A stretch of 63,118 nucleotides of DNA, counting the filler, from Octopus bimaculoides (lineage: Eukaryota), in NCBI RefSeq assembly GCF_001194135.2. It is 8 parts of 7 records of this genome, joined end to end, with 100 filler letters (N's around TTAATTAATTAA, not from the genome) between each part and the next. Parts side by side here need not be neighbours in the genome. Positions count along the whole stretch, not along the records: positions 49,473 to 60,421 come from NC_068998.1; positions 60,522 to 63,118 come from NW_026357290.1; 6 more parts are not named here. One strand, written 5' to 3'. A model generated the notes under the pieces. It saw only the letters and a list, made by a program, of their open reading frames with translations. It was not told where the DNA came from and did not search any database. Positions 49,900 through 63,118 of this stretch are shown in pieces; position 1 is the first letter of the stretch, and the number at the start of each line of letters is the position of its first letter. Made by a program: the position numbers and the translations under genes.

Positions 49900-51000
49900 G
49901 ATCTTGTGTCGTAAACCATATCTTAAAATGAAAATTAGAAAGAGACGTAACTCAGTGCATTTTATCAGTAGTGATTATTAATCTATGTATAAATGAAATC
50001 AACATTTGTACCAAAGTAATACTAAGGTTATCGAAATATCGAAATTACACATTCTATACATTAGCTTGAAATATATTGACGATATAAGGATTGTTTAAAA
50101 ACTAATTGGTCCGTTGCAGTGAGCGGCTTGTATACTAATTGAGGCTATTGAATTAGGATGTCTTATAGTTCTTATGCATGTATGATGAGATTCATTGTAG
50201 TGACATTAAGTAAAGGGATTGTTTTGCGAATTGATGTCCTAACTCTCAGTTGCGTATCTATTACGATAGTGTATTTAACATTAGCCTTAATTATTGAGTC
50301 TTTTTTTATGAAGAAAAGGATAAATTTATCATTCCAAATGCAGTGATAGGAAGCTTGTGAACGTGCTTATTTTATTGTGCTTTTGAATGCATATGTATGG
50401 GAATTGTATTTAAATTTAAAACTATTCGAAGATAGAATATATCATTAAATTATTAATTTGAGTCTAAAAATGTATTCATAGCTATTGAAGAAGATATAGT
50501 AATTTATGAGTTCATATATAGTGTATTTGTTATTTAAGGTGTATTGGAATGTATGCTCTTGCATGGAAATGTGTTTTAATGTATGGCTACTAGAGTAGAT
50601 ACTGTGAAATTCACGTGGGTAAGGTGTAAGATTTCTTACTCTTCCAGTCTATTTTACGATTTACGTAGCGTAATTTTAATGACGTTTGTCATTTCATTTC
50701 AAAATCATTTCACTTCTAAACAGCTGCACCTTTACAGCTTTGCAAATCATTATTGTCGAATCATTCAGTAGCGGATATTTGAGAAATTGTAAGAGATAAA
50801 TGAGGTATTAAGTTGTTAATTGTATTTCTAGGATGGTTAGATCGCTTATGGCGGTACTTAATGAAGACATTAATTTTGGGCATGGTCAAGATAGTGAAAG
50901 TAGAATAAACACACCAGAGGGAATTACTGCACAGTTTAAGAACGTCTTTTATAGGGAATAGAGGAACAGGTGGGCTCGAAAAGATAGACAACGAAAACGC
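49900..51000 (-). mobile_element. Possible highly decayed Penelope-like RT C-terminus/GIY-YIG remnant
   Basis: PLFPIKDVL..SNHPRNTINNLIPH loosely resembles PLE PFLDVL..SxHP motifs; weak. Confidence 0.3.
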
Positions 51001-51129
51001 TTATACACATTACGAAGTCTTCTTTATAAAAGTTTTCTTGGGATTTTGTTTTTCCAAAAGTATTTCTAAATATTTCATAACTTTGCTGAACAACTTTCCT
51101 TAAAGATTTCTTGTGTATCAAGTATTTGA

Positions 51130-51179
<50 letters not shown>

Positions 51180-51360
51180 NNNNNNNNNNNNNNNNNNNNN
51201 NNNNNNNNNNNNNNNNNNNNNNNNNNNNNNNNNNNNNNNAGAGAGAGAGAAATGGAGAGTGAGTGAGAGAGAATTCTGCTATAAGAACAAGACTTGAAAT
51301 TTGTGTGGAAGAGGCTGTCGAGAACGATTGTTGTATATATATATATATATATATATATGA

Positions 51361-51404
<44 letters not shown>

Positions 51405-52354
51405 AAGAATGTGGGGGGAGTTAGGTCGACAGAAAGAGAAATTGATATCCATATACAGATACACATACCGATATAGACAATATATTTTCTATTTCAAGAA
51501 GCAAAATTGGTGTTGCATTATTTAATATAACTCAATGATATATCGTAACAAAATGCAGTAACTGAACTTGGAGAATCACTGGTCATAGGAGATTGTGACG
51601 GGTAACTGAGAAAAATACATTATTTGTCTCACTTCTGTCAAATCGAACAAGAAAATATTAATAAATATCAAATATCAATTTTAAACGTATCAATGGAATT
51701 TTGACCTTACCGTTTATCTTCAAAAGTAAAAGAATCACACGGATTGCTGTAGAAGAACATGATAAGACATACGTAAACATTCTCTTGTACAAAAATGGCA
51801 AAGTTCGGTATATAATGCAATCACTTAAAAAAATAATGGAAAACAGGACATTTTCATCTGAAAACAGATTCCGGTTCAATAGTGGAAATCAAATCATAGG
51901 GGATTATTATTTAATATAGATATTCAGAATATATATATCAAAAATAAATGGCGACCAAATGATAGGTTATCAGTGAAAGCAGCCAATGTGAAATAACTAA
52001 ATTGCAGAACATCGAAATAAGTTCAGCAATTTATTGCGGGACGTATGCAAATAATTAATGCTGTATGGAAAGAACCGATTGGACGTTAAGGTTTTAAGGT
52101 TACTAAACATATATAATTAATTTATTTTGTTTTCATGTCTTATTGCTATTCACGAACAATAGCTACGTTGGCCCGAGGATTCGGACGGACAATTCAGTGC
52201 TTTACTGAATTTCAGAAAGCGAGAGAGGCAACCGAGAATGGGGAGGTGGACACACCTCTAACTCGATAGACTGCGTTCCAATACCACTGTTTTTCTTTCA
52301 TTGCCCATATATAGATATATAACAGAAAATATGTGTGTATATATTTGCTTCCAA

Positions 52355-52765
52355 AAAAACGTTTCCGAGTTCAGTCTCACAGTATAGCACTTTGGTGAAG
52401 TGAATTTTTGTATAGGCCCGGGGTGAATAAATCTTGTGAGTGGATTTAGTAGACTGATTGTGAAAGAAGCCTTTCTTACATATGTATGTCAGTGTGCTTG
52501 TGTCTGTGTGTATATGTGTTGGGCGTGGGCGTTTATGTGTGTATACGTACATGTATATATGTATGTGTGCGTCTTTGTCTTTGTGCTTGTCTCTCACCAC
52601 CCTTTGACAGTCGGGGCTGGGTTGTAGTTAGCGGTTCGTCCAAAGATTCGATAGAATAAGTACCAGGTTTTAACAAAAGTATGAAGTTCTATTTGTTTAA
52701 GGAAAACCCTTCAAAGCGACGCCCAAGCATGGCAACCGACAAATCGCTGCAACAAACGAAAGGTA
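52355..52765 (+). mobile_element. Old SINE B
   Basis: CTTGTGAGTGGATTT, TAGCGGTTCG, GATAGAATAAGTACCAGG. Confidence 0.75.
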
Positions 52766-52777
52766 AAAATATTTTTG

Positions 52778-52811
<34 letters not shown>

Positions 52812-54949
52812 NNNNNNNNNNNNNNNNNNNNNNNNNNNNNNNNNNNNNNNNNNNNNNNNNNNNNNNNNNNNNNNNNNNNNNNNNNNNNNNNNNNNNNNNN
52901 NNNNNNNNNNNNNNNNNNNNNNNNNNNNNNNNNNNNNNNNNNNNNNNNNNNNNNNNNNNNNNNNNNNNNNNNNNNNNNNNNNNNNNNNNNNNNNNNNNNN
53001 NNNNNNNNNNNNNNNNNNNNNNNNNNNNNNNNNNNNNNNNNNNNNNNNNNNNNNNNNNNNNNNNNNNNNNNNNNNNNNNNNNNNNNNNNNNNNNNNNNNN
53101 NNNNNNNNNNNNNNNNNNNNNNNNNNNNNNNNNNNNNNNNNNNNNNNNNNNNNNNNNNNNNNNNNNNNNNNNNNNNNNNNNNNNNNNNNNNNNNNNNNNN
53201 NNNNNNNNNNNNNNNNNNNNNNNNNNNNNNNNNNNNNNNNNNNNNNNNNNNNNNNNNNNNNNNNNNNNNNNNNNNNNNNNNNNNNNNNNNNNNNNNNNNN
53301 NNNNNNNNNNNNNNNNNNNNNNNNNNNNNNNNNNNNNNNNNNNNNNNNNNNNNNNNNNNNNNNNNNNNNNNNNNNNNNNNNNNNNNNNNNNNNNNNNNNN
53401 NNNNNNNNNNNNNNNNNNNNNNNNNNNNNNNNNNNNNNNNNNNNNNNNNNNNNNNNNNNNNNNNNNNNNNNNNNNNNNNNNNNNNNNNNNNNNNNNNNNN
53501 NNNNNNNNNNNNNNNNNNNNNNNNNNNNNNNNNNNNNNNNNNNNNNNTATATATTATACTTAATACGTTACATGTGTGTTTCGTTGGCGAAATCTCGCAT
53601 ACGACCAAAACTTGATTGTGACATAAAGAATACTTTATATTATCACCATGGAAGAATGAAAAAAAAGTATGGGTTGTTTATTTGAAATTCAAGAATTTAT
53701 ATCGGTTATTAATTTAAATGTAAATTGAAAATATTGGTGCGTTGGTTAGTAAATTCTATGAACCCAGTATTTCATAATATATTTTATCATATCACGGAGA
53801 AATAGAGACAAAAATATGCCAGTGAGACTTCAACTCAGTATATCAAGTTATTGAACTTGATACTTCAAAACAGTTTGCCTGGAGCTAGATTAGTTCTGAT
53901 AGCAGCTATATTACTAATGGTAAATAATGACTTTTTATCTTTGAAATAATGAACTTATTTGGGGGACTGTGATGGCAAACCAGGCTGTCCCTAGTGCTTC
54001 GCTCTTTCGTTTTAATTTTTCGACCAGAGCGATAAAATATAAAATTTATTGAAATTGAATATTTTAAAACGCTTTTGTCTGTGCTAACGTTGTTTTGATA
54101 ATAGTTGTGTTATCAATAGCAAGTAATGACATTTTAACATTAAAACGACTAGAATATTTTAATACAACTTTGCAGACGATTGTGCTTAATCAAATCGCCT
54201 CCAGTAGTTCACAAGTGCTTCATTTTATCGATCGTCGTAGATAAAATTCTATGTTGACTTTGCAACATTCGAACCGGTAACATAAACTGCTGATATCTCT
54301 AAGCATCTTAAAAATTATGTAGGCAAGTTATTTATTAAATGGCAGTGCAGTATTTTAAATTGTTCTATGGAATTTCTTTTCAAAATTATGACTTCTAGAA
54401 GACTGAGTGGCCCAGCATACAGCAGTAGACACAACGTCCTAATCGTTAAGAATGTGGGTTTTTCTTTCAGTATCATATCCCGGATTTGGTCTCATAAGGT
54501 ACCATCATGATCAAGAGTGTTGTACCATTACTTCAGTTTGATTTACCCACCGTGAATGAAATTGTGGAGATGGAAGCTGAAGACCTGAAGAAGAAAGCCA
54601 GATGGATTTTATTTATATCTTACAGGAATACTTTCTGAATAATTTTAATCGTTTATTTCTCTGTAGAATTCACAACCACATACACGCAATTTCTAAGAAC
54701 AGGCATTTCAGTTGATCAAACAAACAAATCATAGTGGTGTAAACCAACGGAAATCTGGTTACTCTTCTTTTACTTATGTAAATCAAGATTAATATATAAC
54801 TGCCGTGTCTCTAAGTTTTTAAGGATTCCAATACAATACATAATCACAAAATAGAGCAGCCATTCTTAATTTCCTCATCATTAATAAGGATTTTTTAAAT
54901 TGTAAATAATCCATCGATATGTATTTCATAGGTAATGATATAGCTCATT

Positions 54950-55450
54950 AAATCACATCCAACTCTAGAGCGGAAAATATTTTCCTAAAAAGAGTATGAT
55001 TGATAGAAAATATTAGCCCTAATATTTGAATAGATCCATCCAGCAATCCATCCATCTTATCCTCCCACTATGCGGAAGAGTGCTTTCGAAGTAAAATCCT
55101 CTATTGCGTTTTATCAGAAGATTAGATTTTCTGCCTGGATTCCAAGTATGACCAACTGTTACCATGGATTTCATCCCACCATTACCTTCTTGAGCAATTC
55201 CCAGGTCTCCTGCGATTTTTTTCAGGCAGCTTTCTCCTTAAACAACTATAGAAAGAGAGCTTGTGACCTCTCAATGCTTAGAAATAACGGCTTGACCTGT
55301 AGAGAATCTCTGATCTTCGAGCTATAAACTCTGCCGAGTAATGTTTCTCTAGACACCCTTCGGAAAAATAACTGATATAAATAAAAAGACTGACATTTCC
55401 CCGGGTAGACTGCCACGCTGTTTCACAGAACACCCGTTTAAGTGTAAAGA
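54950..55450 (-). mobile_element. Possible decayed LINE RT fragment
   Basis: VKQRGSLPGEMSVFLFI resembles GVKQGxPLSPxLF; little else. Confidence 0.3.
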
Positions 55451-55958
55451 AAGATTTACAATTTTATTACTGATTCTAACAGCCAAGACTGCTTTCAATA
55501 TACTCAGCAGATAAATAGATAAAATGTGATAATTAAGATAGAGAATGACAAACCGTCTGAAGCATGACTCGTGACACAATTGGTTACTTGAAGTATTCCA
55601 TTGTTAGTCATCTGACGTGTGCAATTATTCCTTCAGACTAAATATTTATAAACTGGTCTCATTGAACTGAATATCATTCTGCTCTAAAATAAACTTTAAA
55701 ACAAACTCTGTATGTTTGAAATTTATTTACACGCAAAATGATAATGTAAAAGTAATCATTACACAGATAAATCTATCGTTCTATTTAAGTATCGATATAC
55801 CTAGTAATCTACATTTATGCATATATCTATGTATCGATTTGTTTCTCTATCTACTTCTGTATGTCCAGCATTCTGTCCCTCTACGTGTCTCTTTATTTAA
55901 CTAGCGTTCTACCTACCTATCCGTGTAATCTATGTCTGTCTATGAATATATCTATCTA

Positions 55959-56056
55959 CGGTAATCCTTTGTCATATCACGGTTCACCTATCGTGATTTA
56001 TTATTTAAGCTTAGATCGATTCCTTCGTGGTGTTCTTTTGCATTAACAATAAAATA

Positions 56057-56065
<9 letters not shown>
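55959..56065 (+). mobile_element. Left part of the pogo-like MITE seen at 20662
   Basis: TA|CGGTAATCC..CGGTTCACCTATCG..TTATTATTTAAGCTTA. Confidence 0.85.
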
Positions 56066-56100
<35 letters not shown>

Positions 56101-57188
56101 CAAAATGCGACAAGAACGCAAAACATCCAGACACCTAGGTGATACACGAAAGGGACAACAAAACATCCAGATAAACNNNNNNNNNNNNNNNNNNNNNNNN
56201 NNNNNNNNNNNNNNNNNNNNNNNNNNNNNNNNNNNNNNNNNNNNNNNNNNNNNNNNNNNNNNNNNNNNNNNNNNNNNNNNNNNNNNNNNNNNNNNNNNNN
56301 NNNNNNNNNNNNNNNNNNNNNNNNNNNNNNNNNNNNNNNNNNNNNNNNNNNNNNNNNNNNNNNNNNNNNNNNNNNNNNNNNNNNNNNNNNNNNNNNNNNN
56401 NNNNNNNNNNNNNNNNNNNNNNNNNNNNNNNNNNNNNNNNNNNNNNNNNNNNNNNNNNNNNNNNNNNNNNNNNNNNNNNNNNNNNNNNNNNNNNNNNNNN
56501 NNNNNNNNNNNNNNNNNNNNNNNNNNNNNNNNNNNNNNNNNNNNNNNNNNNNNNNNNNNNNNNNNNNNNNNNNNNNNNNNNNNNNNNNNNNNNNNNNNNN
56601 NNNNNNNNNNNNNNNNNNNNNNNNNNNNNNNNNNNNNNNNNNNNNNNNNNNNNNNNNNNNNNNNNNNNNNNNNNNNNNNNNNNNNNNNNNNNNNNNNNNN
56701 NNNNNNNNNNNNNNNNNNNNNNNNNNNNNNNNNNNNNNNNNNNNNNNNNNNNNNNNNNNNNNNNNNNNNNNNNNNNNNNNNNNNNNNNNNNNNNNNNNNN
56801 NNNNNNNNNNNNNNNNNNNNNNNNNNNNNNNNNNNNNNNNNNNNNNNNNNNNNNNNNNNNNNNNNNNNNNNNNNNNNNNNNNNNNNNNNNNNNNNNNNNN
56901 NNNNNNNNNNNNNNNNNNNNNNNNNNNNNNNNNNNNNNNNNNNNNNNNNNNNNNNNNNNNNNNNNNNNNNNNNNNNNNNNNNNNNNNNNNNNNNNNNNNN
57001 NNNNNNNNNNNNNNNNNNNNNNNNNNNNNNNNNNNNNNNNNNNNNNNNNNNNNNNNNNNNNNNNNNNNNNNNNNNNNNNNNNNNNNNNNNNNNNNNNNNN
57101 NNNNNNNNNNNNNNNNNNNNNNNNNNNNNNNNNNNNNNNNNNNNNNNNNNNNNNTGTGTGTGTGTGTGTGTATGTGTGTGCGTCTGTG

Positions 57189-57229
<41 letters not shown>

Positions 57230-57459
57230 ATTTATCCATAAATATAAATGTTGTTATTTTTTCTAGACTCTTCAGCATCACAATATGATAAAAATTGTTG
57301 GAATTCCGATGGATGCGACTGCATATGAATTCTTTCGTCGAAGGTAGATTAATTTAAGCAAAATGTATCTGTGCAACGAGTTATCGGTCTCTTGTTGCAA
57401 ACGTGTTTGCTAACACAGTCACATATACTCACAGAAACAGCAAAGAACACATATATATA

Positions 57460-57512
<53 letters not shown>

Positions 57513-57651
57513 TTGTTTGTAGATTCACCCAACAATTTATTTGACAAGTTCGAAAAACGAATGAAAGCGCTAATAATAATGACTAAATAAAAACAAAGAA
57601 TTTTTTTTCCAAAAATTCTGGTGACCTCCTCCTTTCTGAATATTCAATATA

Positions 57652-57830
57652 AGGTGGAGGCGATGGATTATGTGTGACACTAGAACTTGTCTGGTACTGG
57701 AATTTATCGATCACAACGGGATGAAAAGTGAAGTTGTGCCCAGCGGAATTTGAAAACTGAACGTAACGTATCACAAGTAAATATTTTGGTAGCGATTTTG
57801 TGGAAAGCTATTAAAGTTCTGCCAAATTTT
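57652..57830 (-). mobile_element. Old SINE A; a similar decayed copy lies near 45025-45157
   Basis: CTGGTACT..TTTATCGA..GGATGAAA..GCGGAATTTGAA..GTTCTGCCA. Confidence 0.7.
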
Positions 57831-60708
57831 CAATTGTTCTGTAGAATGTGGTAGGATTATCATTTAATTTATGTTTTGTTGTATTCACTTTTTACTTTAT
57901 TTCCATGCTAGGGCATAGGATTATATATATATATTTATTGATAGTTAACCAGCGCAAAATGATGAGCTTAATGAATTTCTGCGAAGTATGTATAAATTTT
58001 ATAACAGAGATACTTCTGCTACAAATACTGCTGTATGTTACTGGACGGAATCGTACAGAAATGATTTTCTTATTGGGAGGACAATATGCTAACGCATCTC
58101 CTAATAGAAAATTCAGACTAAACAAAAGAAATAATCAATATTTGTATGATACAATTTTTGTGCTTCTAACACAAGTGATTTTTAAACAGTCTTGAAAATA
58201 CTTCAAATTTCGCCTATCGATAAAAAATGAAAAATAATTCAAGATATTCTATAAAGGAGCATTTTAACATTTCAACGGAGCAATTCAGCGTGTTTTATGA
58301 CAATCTTGAGAGCATTCAAATGGTCAAAGGTAGTAGGAATTTGAAGTTATTTTTTTTCTAGTGTGTGTCATTGGTGGGAAGTGTTTGAACTTCATTAAGC
58401 CTTCGGGCTTCGACGTGAACGGCCATGATACCTTTTCATTTGTCTAATTAATGCTTCTTCTATGTGCCATTTTATTTCTGATATCTGAAAAGAATCATTT
58501 TTGTTAAATATTCAGAACAAGGCAGGGAATTAGATTTTATATAAAATATTATTTGGCTTTTCGAAGCTGTTCATTTATACATAAATTCGTATATACATAC
58601 ATACATCCATATGTGGGTATGCATGTATGTATGTTTGTATGTATGTATGTGTATATATATCTACATATATATATATATATATACAGCCACACTATTTTGT
58701 CCAGAGAAACCAAAGTCTTTGTGTTTACTATTATAAACCCATTGATATATTATGGGACGCACTGATCCCTACGTTATAATTTCACGAATCTCTAATTTCC
58801 GTCTCTTGGAGAAGTATAGCATTTACTTAATGTATTTTAATTTTTGAACAAAGCATCTGAATGGGTGATTTCTTGTAGACACATTCATTGAAATTTATTG
58901 AATAAAGTTCCACAAGGAATTCCTGAAAAACGTAACTTAAAATAACGGATTTGCAATTTTGTGATAGATGGACGTATAAGAAAGAAATAATTTATATATT
59001 AGCTCCAAAACTACGTTTTTTTTCCCGCTTTCTGTGGTTGCGTATAATTTTGATCACTGTGTAACACCTTTATATATTTTATCATTGGTCGGAAAATTAG
59101 TTCAGCATCCATCATTCGATGTTTCCTATAGATGCAGCAGTGCCTGACTTAAACATGGAAAGTCAATTTCTTTGCTGTCCTCTCTGTTTTCTTTTTGCTC
59201 GAACGCAAATCTGCTCGAGTTACTTACTTTTTGCAATTCATTTATAATGCGCCAATTTTATTTTATTTTTTTTCCGTATTTTAAGAAAATTTGCTGTGTT
59301 ACGTAACTAGACGTCCTATTGAATTAGTCTATCCAAAATAAATCTGAACATAGAATGACAGTAAAAAATCTCGTTGTTCTTTTGGTAACCATGGTTAAAA
59401 CTGTTATTAATGATAGAGAGATGAGACTTCGATATTTGCATTTTCACCACAAGCCAAACTCTGTTCATCAGAACATTGTCGTATTCAGTTCTGTCACGTG
59501 AATTGTAGAGTATAGTCTTCTGTATTTCTTGTTGCGTTTCCGTCATATGATCATATTCGAAATATTCACACTAATAGTAGGCACACACACACATAGACAC
59601 ACACACACATACATAGACCCACACACATAAACATACATGCACACAAAAATAAACATGCACACAGACACACACACATAGACTCACGCACACACATACAGAA
59701 ACACACACATAGACACACACACACATAAACATACACGCACACACAAAACACGCACGCACATAGAGACACACACATATAGACACACCCACATAGACACGCG
59801 CGCACACAAACATGCACAGAGAGAAGCACGCACGCACACACAAACCGCTCCAAATGATAATGTACATCGAAATTTCCAGCGAAGAGTGAAAGACTAAATT
59901 TGGTTTATATTTGTTGAGATATAATTATTAATTGCCAAACTTATGCACTTCTCTAACTTCCATATACAATCAGTTATCTCGAAATTCTTACCATCAGCAA
60001 CGAAGTAATACGTTTCATTAGAAACTCCTGCAGGAATCGGTACTGCAAGTACAGAGTTGTGATTGATTTATACTCGATTGGGGATATAGTCCAATAGAGA
60101 AAATCTTACATAATTCATCACTCGAAAATTGAATTTTCCTTTCATTGTCCCTCATGGTCCATCGTTTTCCTGTTTCCTAACCAAAACACTGTATCTAATC
60201 TACACCACGCCTACCTCGCATCGTTCTTCTCCTCATTTTCTGAATCACTGTATCACCCTCCTTCTCTCCGACACTCTGTCTGCAAATATATGTATATATA
60301 TATTCATACATACACAGACAGACACACACACACACGCACACACACCAACAACACCACCACCACCAACAACACCACCAACAACACCACCACCAACAACACC
60401 ACCTCCAACAACACCACCAACNNNNNNNNNNNNNNNNNNNNNNNNNNNNNNNNNNNNNNNNNNNNTTAATTAATTAANNNNNNNNNNNNNNNNNNNNNNN
60501 NNNNNNNNNNNNNNNNNNNNNGTCTGTCTGTCTGTCTGTCTATGTGTAAACACTCACTCGAACTTATAATTTTGAACACATACACACACACATATACATA
60601 TGTATATGCACACACACACACACACACACACATGTATATATATGCATGTTTGTACTGCATATATGTATGTATGATTGGATGTAGGCATCTATTGAAAGAA
60701 GCCTGCCT

Positions 60709-60760
<52 letters not shown>

Positions 60761-60799
60761 TGTCTGTCTGTATGTATGTATGCATGTATTAATATGTGT

Positions 60800-60990
60800 G
60801 CGTTTATTCCCTACCACTGCTTGACACAACTAGTGTTGGTGTGATTACGTTCTCGTAATATAGCGGTTCGGCAACAGAGTCCTACAGAATAAGTACTAGG
60901 CTTAAAAAATAGAAAATAAGTGCTTGGATCGATTCATTCGACTAAAAATTCTTCAAGGCCGCTGTCTAACAAAAGATAAGATGATAAAAG
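60800..60990 (+). mobile_element. SINE B tail; a further tail tip lies at ~61555-61610
   Basis: TAGCGGTTCGGCAA..AGAATAAGTACTAGGCTT. Confidence 0.8.
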
Positions 60991-62886
60991 AAATATACAT
61001 AAATGCGTGTTTTGCACATATACTGGTTGAGTATACCTACCATACATCCGATTTGGCATTGTATATATATATCTGACAATTGCATTTGGTTCCGGCTCTG
61101 ACGTGTCTGCAAAAAACAGAGAAGTTTTTTTTATGTATATCAGTATATATGTGTATATGCATGTAGGTTTGTAACTAAAAATATGAGAGAAAGAAAATGA
61201 AATTCACGAGACATTTTATCATCCGCAACGATCGTTTCGACCCATAGTGCACCAGTGCTTCGAAGGTAAGTTGCTGTGTAAACGATTGCGGTGCATTATA
61301 GGTACAGATGTTTTCTGCTTAGGTGACTTGTCAAAAGGTAGCTGGGTTTTGATTCGCCGTTTCGCTTATTTGTATCACAATCCATTTTAGTAGTTGCAGT
61401 GAGCTGCGCGTCTATTCAAGGAACTGATATACAATGAAGTATCTCTTGGCACTTTATTGTATATGTACGTACTTCATTGTATATCGATGTACTCATATAT
61501 GTATATAGATAAACTGGATGAATACACAGACACAGACACAGACACCCCCCCACACACATAATAACGGCGGCACCCCACCATGGTCGCAGTAAAATGACGA
61601 AAACAAGTAAAAATATATATATGTATGTATATTTATATACATATAATACATAAATGGCAATTTCTATCTTTCTATCTGTTACCATTTTGCTGCCCACTCC
61701 AGTGAACCAATTTTCACAAAACTTGTATAAATGTTCAACTAACATCCAGTTCAATTATAGGCTAGTTGGATTTCAATAAAATTCTATAATAGACCCCCCC
61801 CCGGGGGTGCTATTCTATGATAAAATGAGAGTGTTAGTTTCAGGGAAATGTGCTGGCATAGTGAGTATGGTTGATATCAGAGAAGGAGAGGTCAGCATTG
61901 TGTAAGCGACAAATATGGGGTGTCAGTGGGGTGATAACGTTNNNNNNNNNNNNNNNNNNNNNNNNNNNNNNNNNNNNNNNNNNNNNNNNNNNNNNNNNNN
62001 NNNNNNNNNNNNNNNNNNNNNNNNNNNNNNNNNNNNNNNNNNNNNNNNNNNNNNNNNNNNNNNNNNNNNNNNNNNNNNNNNNNNNNNNNNNNNNNNNNNN
62101 NNNNNNNNNNNNNNNNNNNNNNNNNNNNNNNNNNNNNNNNNNNNNNNNNNNNNNNNNNNNNNNNNNNNNNNNNNNNNNNNNNNNNNNNNNNNNNNNNNNN
62201 NNNNNNNNNNNNNNNNNNNNNNNNNNNNNNNNNNNNNNNNNNNNNNNNNNNNNNNNNNNNNNNNNNNNNNNNNNNNNNNNNNNNNNNNNNNNNNNNNNNN
62301 NNNNNNNNNNNNNNNNNNNNNNNNNNNNNNNNNNNNNNNNNNNNNNNNNNNNNNNNNNNNNNNNNNNNNNNNNNNNNNNNNNNNNNNNNNNNNNNNNNNN
62401 NNNNNNNNNNNNNNNNNNNNNNNNNNNNNNNNNNNNNNNNNNNNNNNNNNNNNNNNNNNNNNNNNNNNNNNNNNNNNNNNNNNNNNNNNNNNNNNNNNNN
62501 NNNNNNNNNNNNNNNNNNNNNNNNNNNNNNNNNNNNNNNNNNNNNNNNNNNNNNNNNNNNNNNNNNNNNNNNNNNNNNNNNNNNNNNNNNNNNNNNNNNN
62601 NNNNNNNNNNNNNNNNNNNNNNNNNNNNNNNNNNNNNNNNNNNNNNNNNNNNNNNNNNNNNNNNNNNNNNNNNNNNNNNNNNNNNNNNNNNNNNNNNNNN
62701 NNNNNTATATATATATATATATATCCAAGAAAGTTAGGGGTTGTGAATCCAACCCACTAAGGAACAATATCTATCCAATATACTGCTGGAAGAATACCCA
62801 ATTATTACTACACTAGTGTTTTTTCATTGCATTACCAAGTGCAATAAATGGGTGCGGGTAAAAAGGTATTTTACCATTAATTTATA

Positions 62887-63053
62887 CAGCAATAAGAAAA
62901 TGGAGGGGAATAGGTGGTATTTAGTTGTTTATTTGTTTACTAAAGGACTGTTGTTATTATCCTTTTAGTAAACAAATAAACAGGTAAATTGACACTATAC
63001 AATGTCTGTAAGTTAATGAATACCACCTATTCCCCTCCATTTTCTTATTGCTA
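62887..63053. mobile_element. 167 bp fold-back MITE with TA TSD
   Basis: 35 bp TIRs (62887-62921, 63019-63053; 34/35 match) plus internal hairpin TTTATTTGTTTACTAAA/TTTAGTAAACAAATAAA. Confidence 0.9.
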
Positions 63054-63118
63054 TATATATGTATATATATACACATGAACAAATAAATAAATAAAAACAA
63101 ATACAAACGAACACGTAT

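Noticed and set aside
51658-51919. Overlapping 72-73 aa ORFs with a splice-like pair on minus
   Set aside because: No homology, AT-rich, compatible with chance.
52350-52390. CTGTGA...GGAAACGTT hammerhead-like string
   Set aside because: It is the decayed B-box region of a SINE B head, and helix I is absent.

Overview
Eukaryotic, AT-rich, microsatellite-saturated draft scaffold. It is most likely an octopus, inferred from the tRNA-derived SINE families, the repeat landscape and artificial 44N-TTAATTAATTAA-44N spacers. No recognisable conserved protein-coding gene is present, and nearly all long ORFs in the track are microsatellite or N-gap artefacts. The window is a TE graveyard: mariner, maT-like and hAT/Buster remnants, several MITEs, R4/Dong-type and RTE LINE fragments, a ~1 kb solo-LTR-like element, Penelope-like pieces and more than 20 SINE copies in at least 4 families. 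The most interesting signal is a set of at least three unrelated short non-coding elements (17.6/49.5 kb, 24.2-24.6 kb, 38.8-39.2 kb). Each carries a minimal type-I hammerhead ribozyme with a loop-less palindromic helix III and sits in (TA)n or (ATT)n microsatellites. Two of them, plus a coding Penelope fragment at 43.8-44.2 kb, share a direct repeat + body + 5' inversion architecture. They look like a retrozyme or non-autonomous Penelope-like system; two families have U instead of A at core position 6. One speculative small spliced gene with a hydrophobic N-terminus lies on the minus strand at 28.0-28.5 kb. All calls are by eye, with no database search or folding run.
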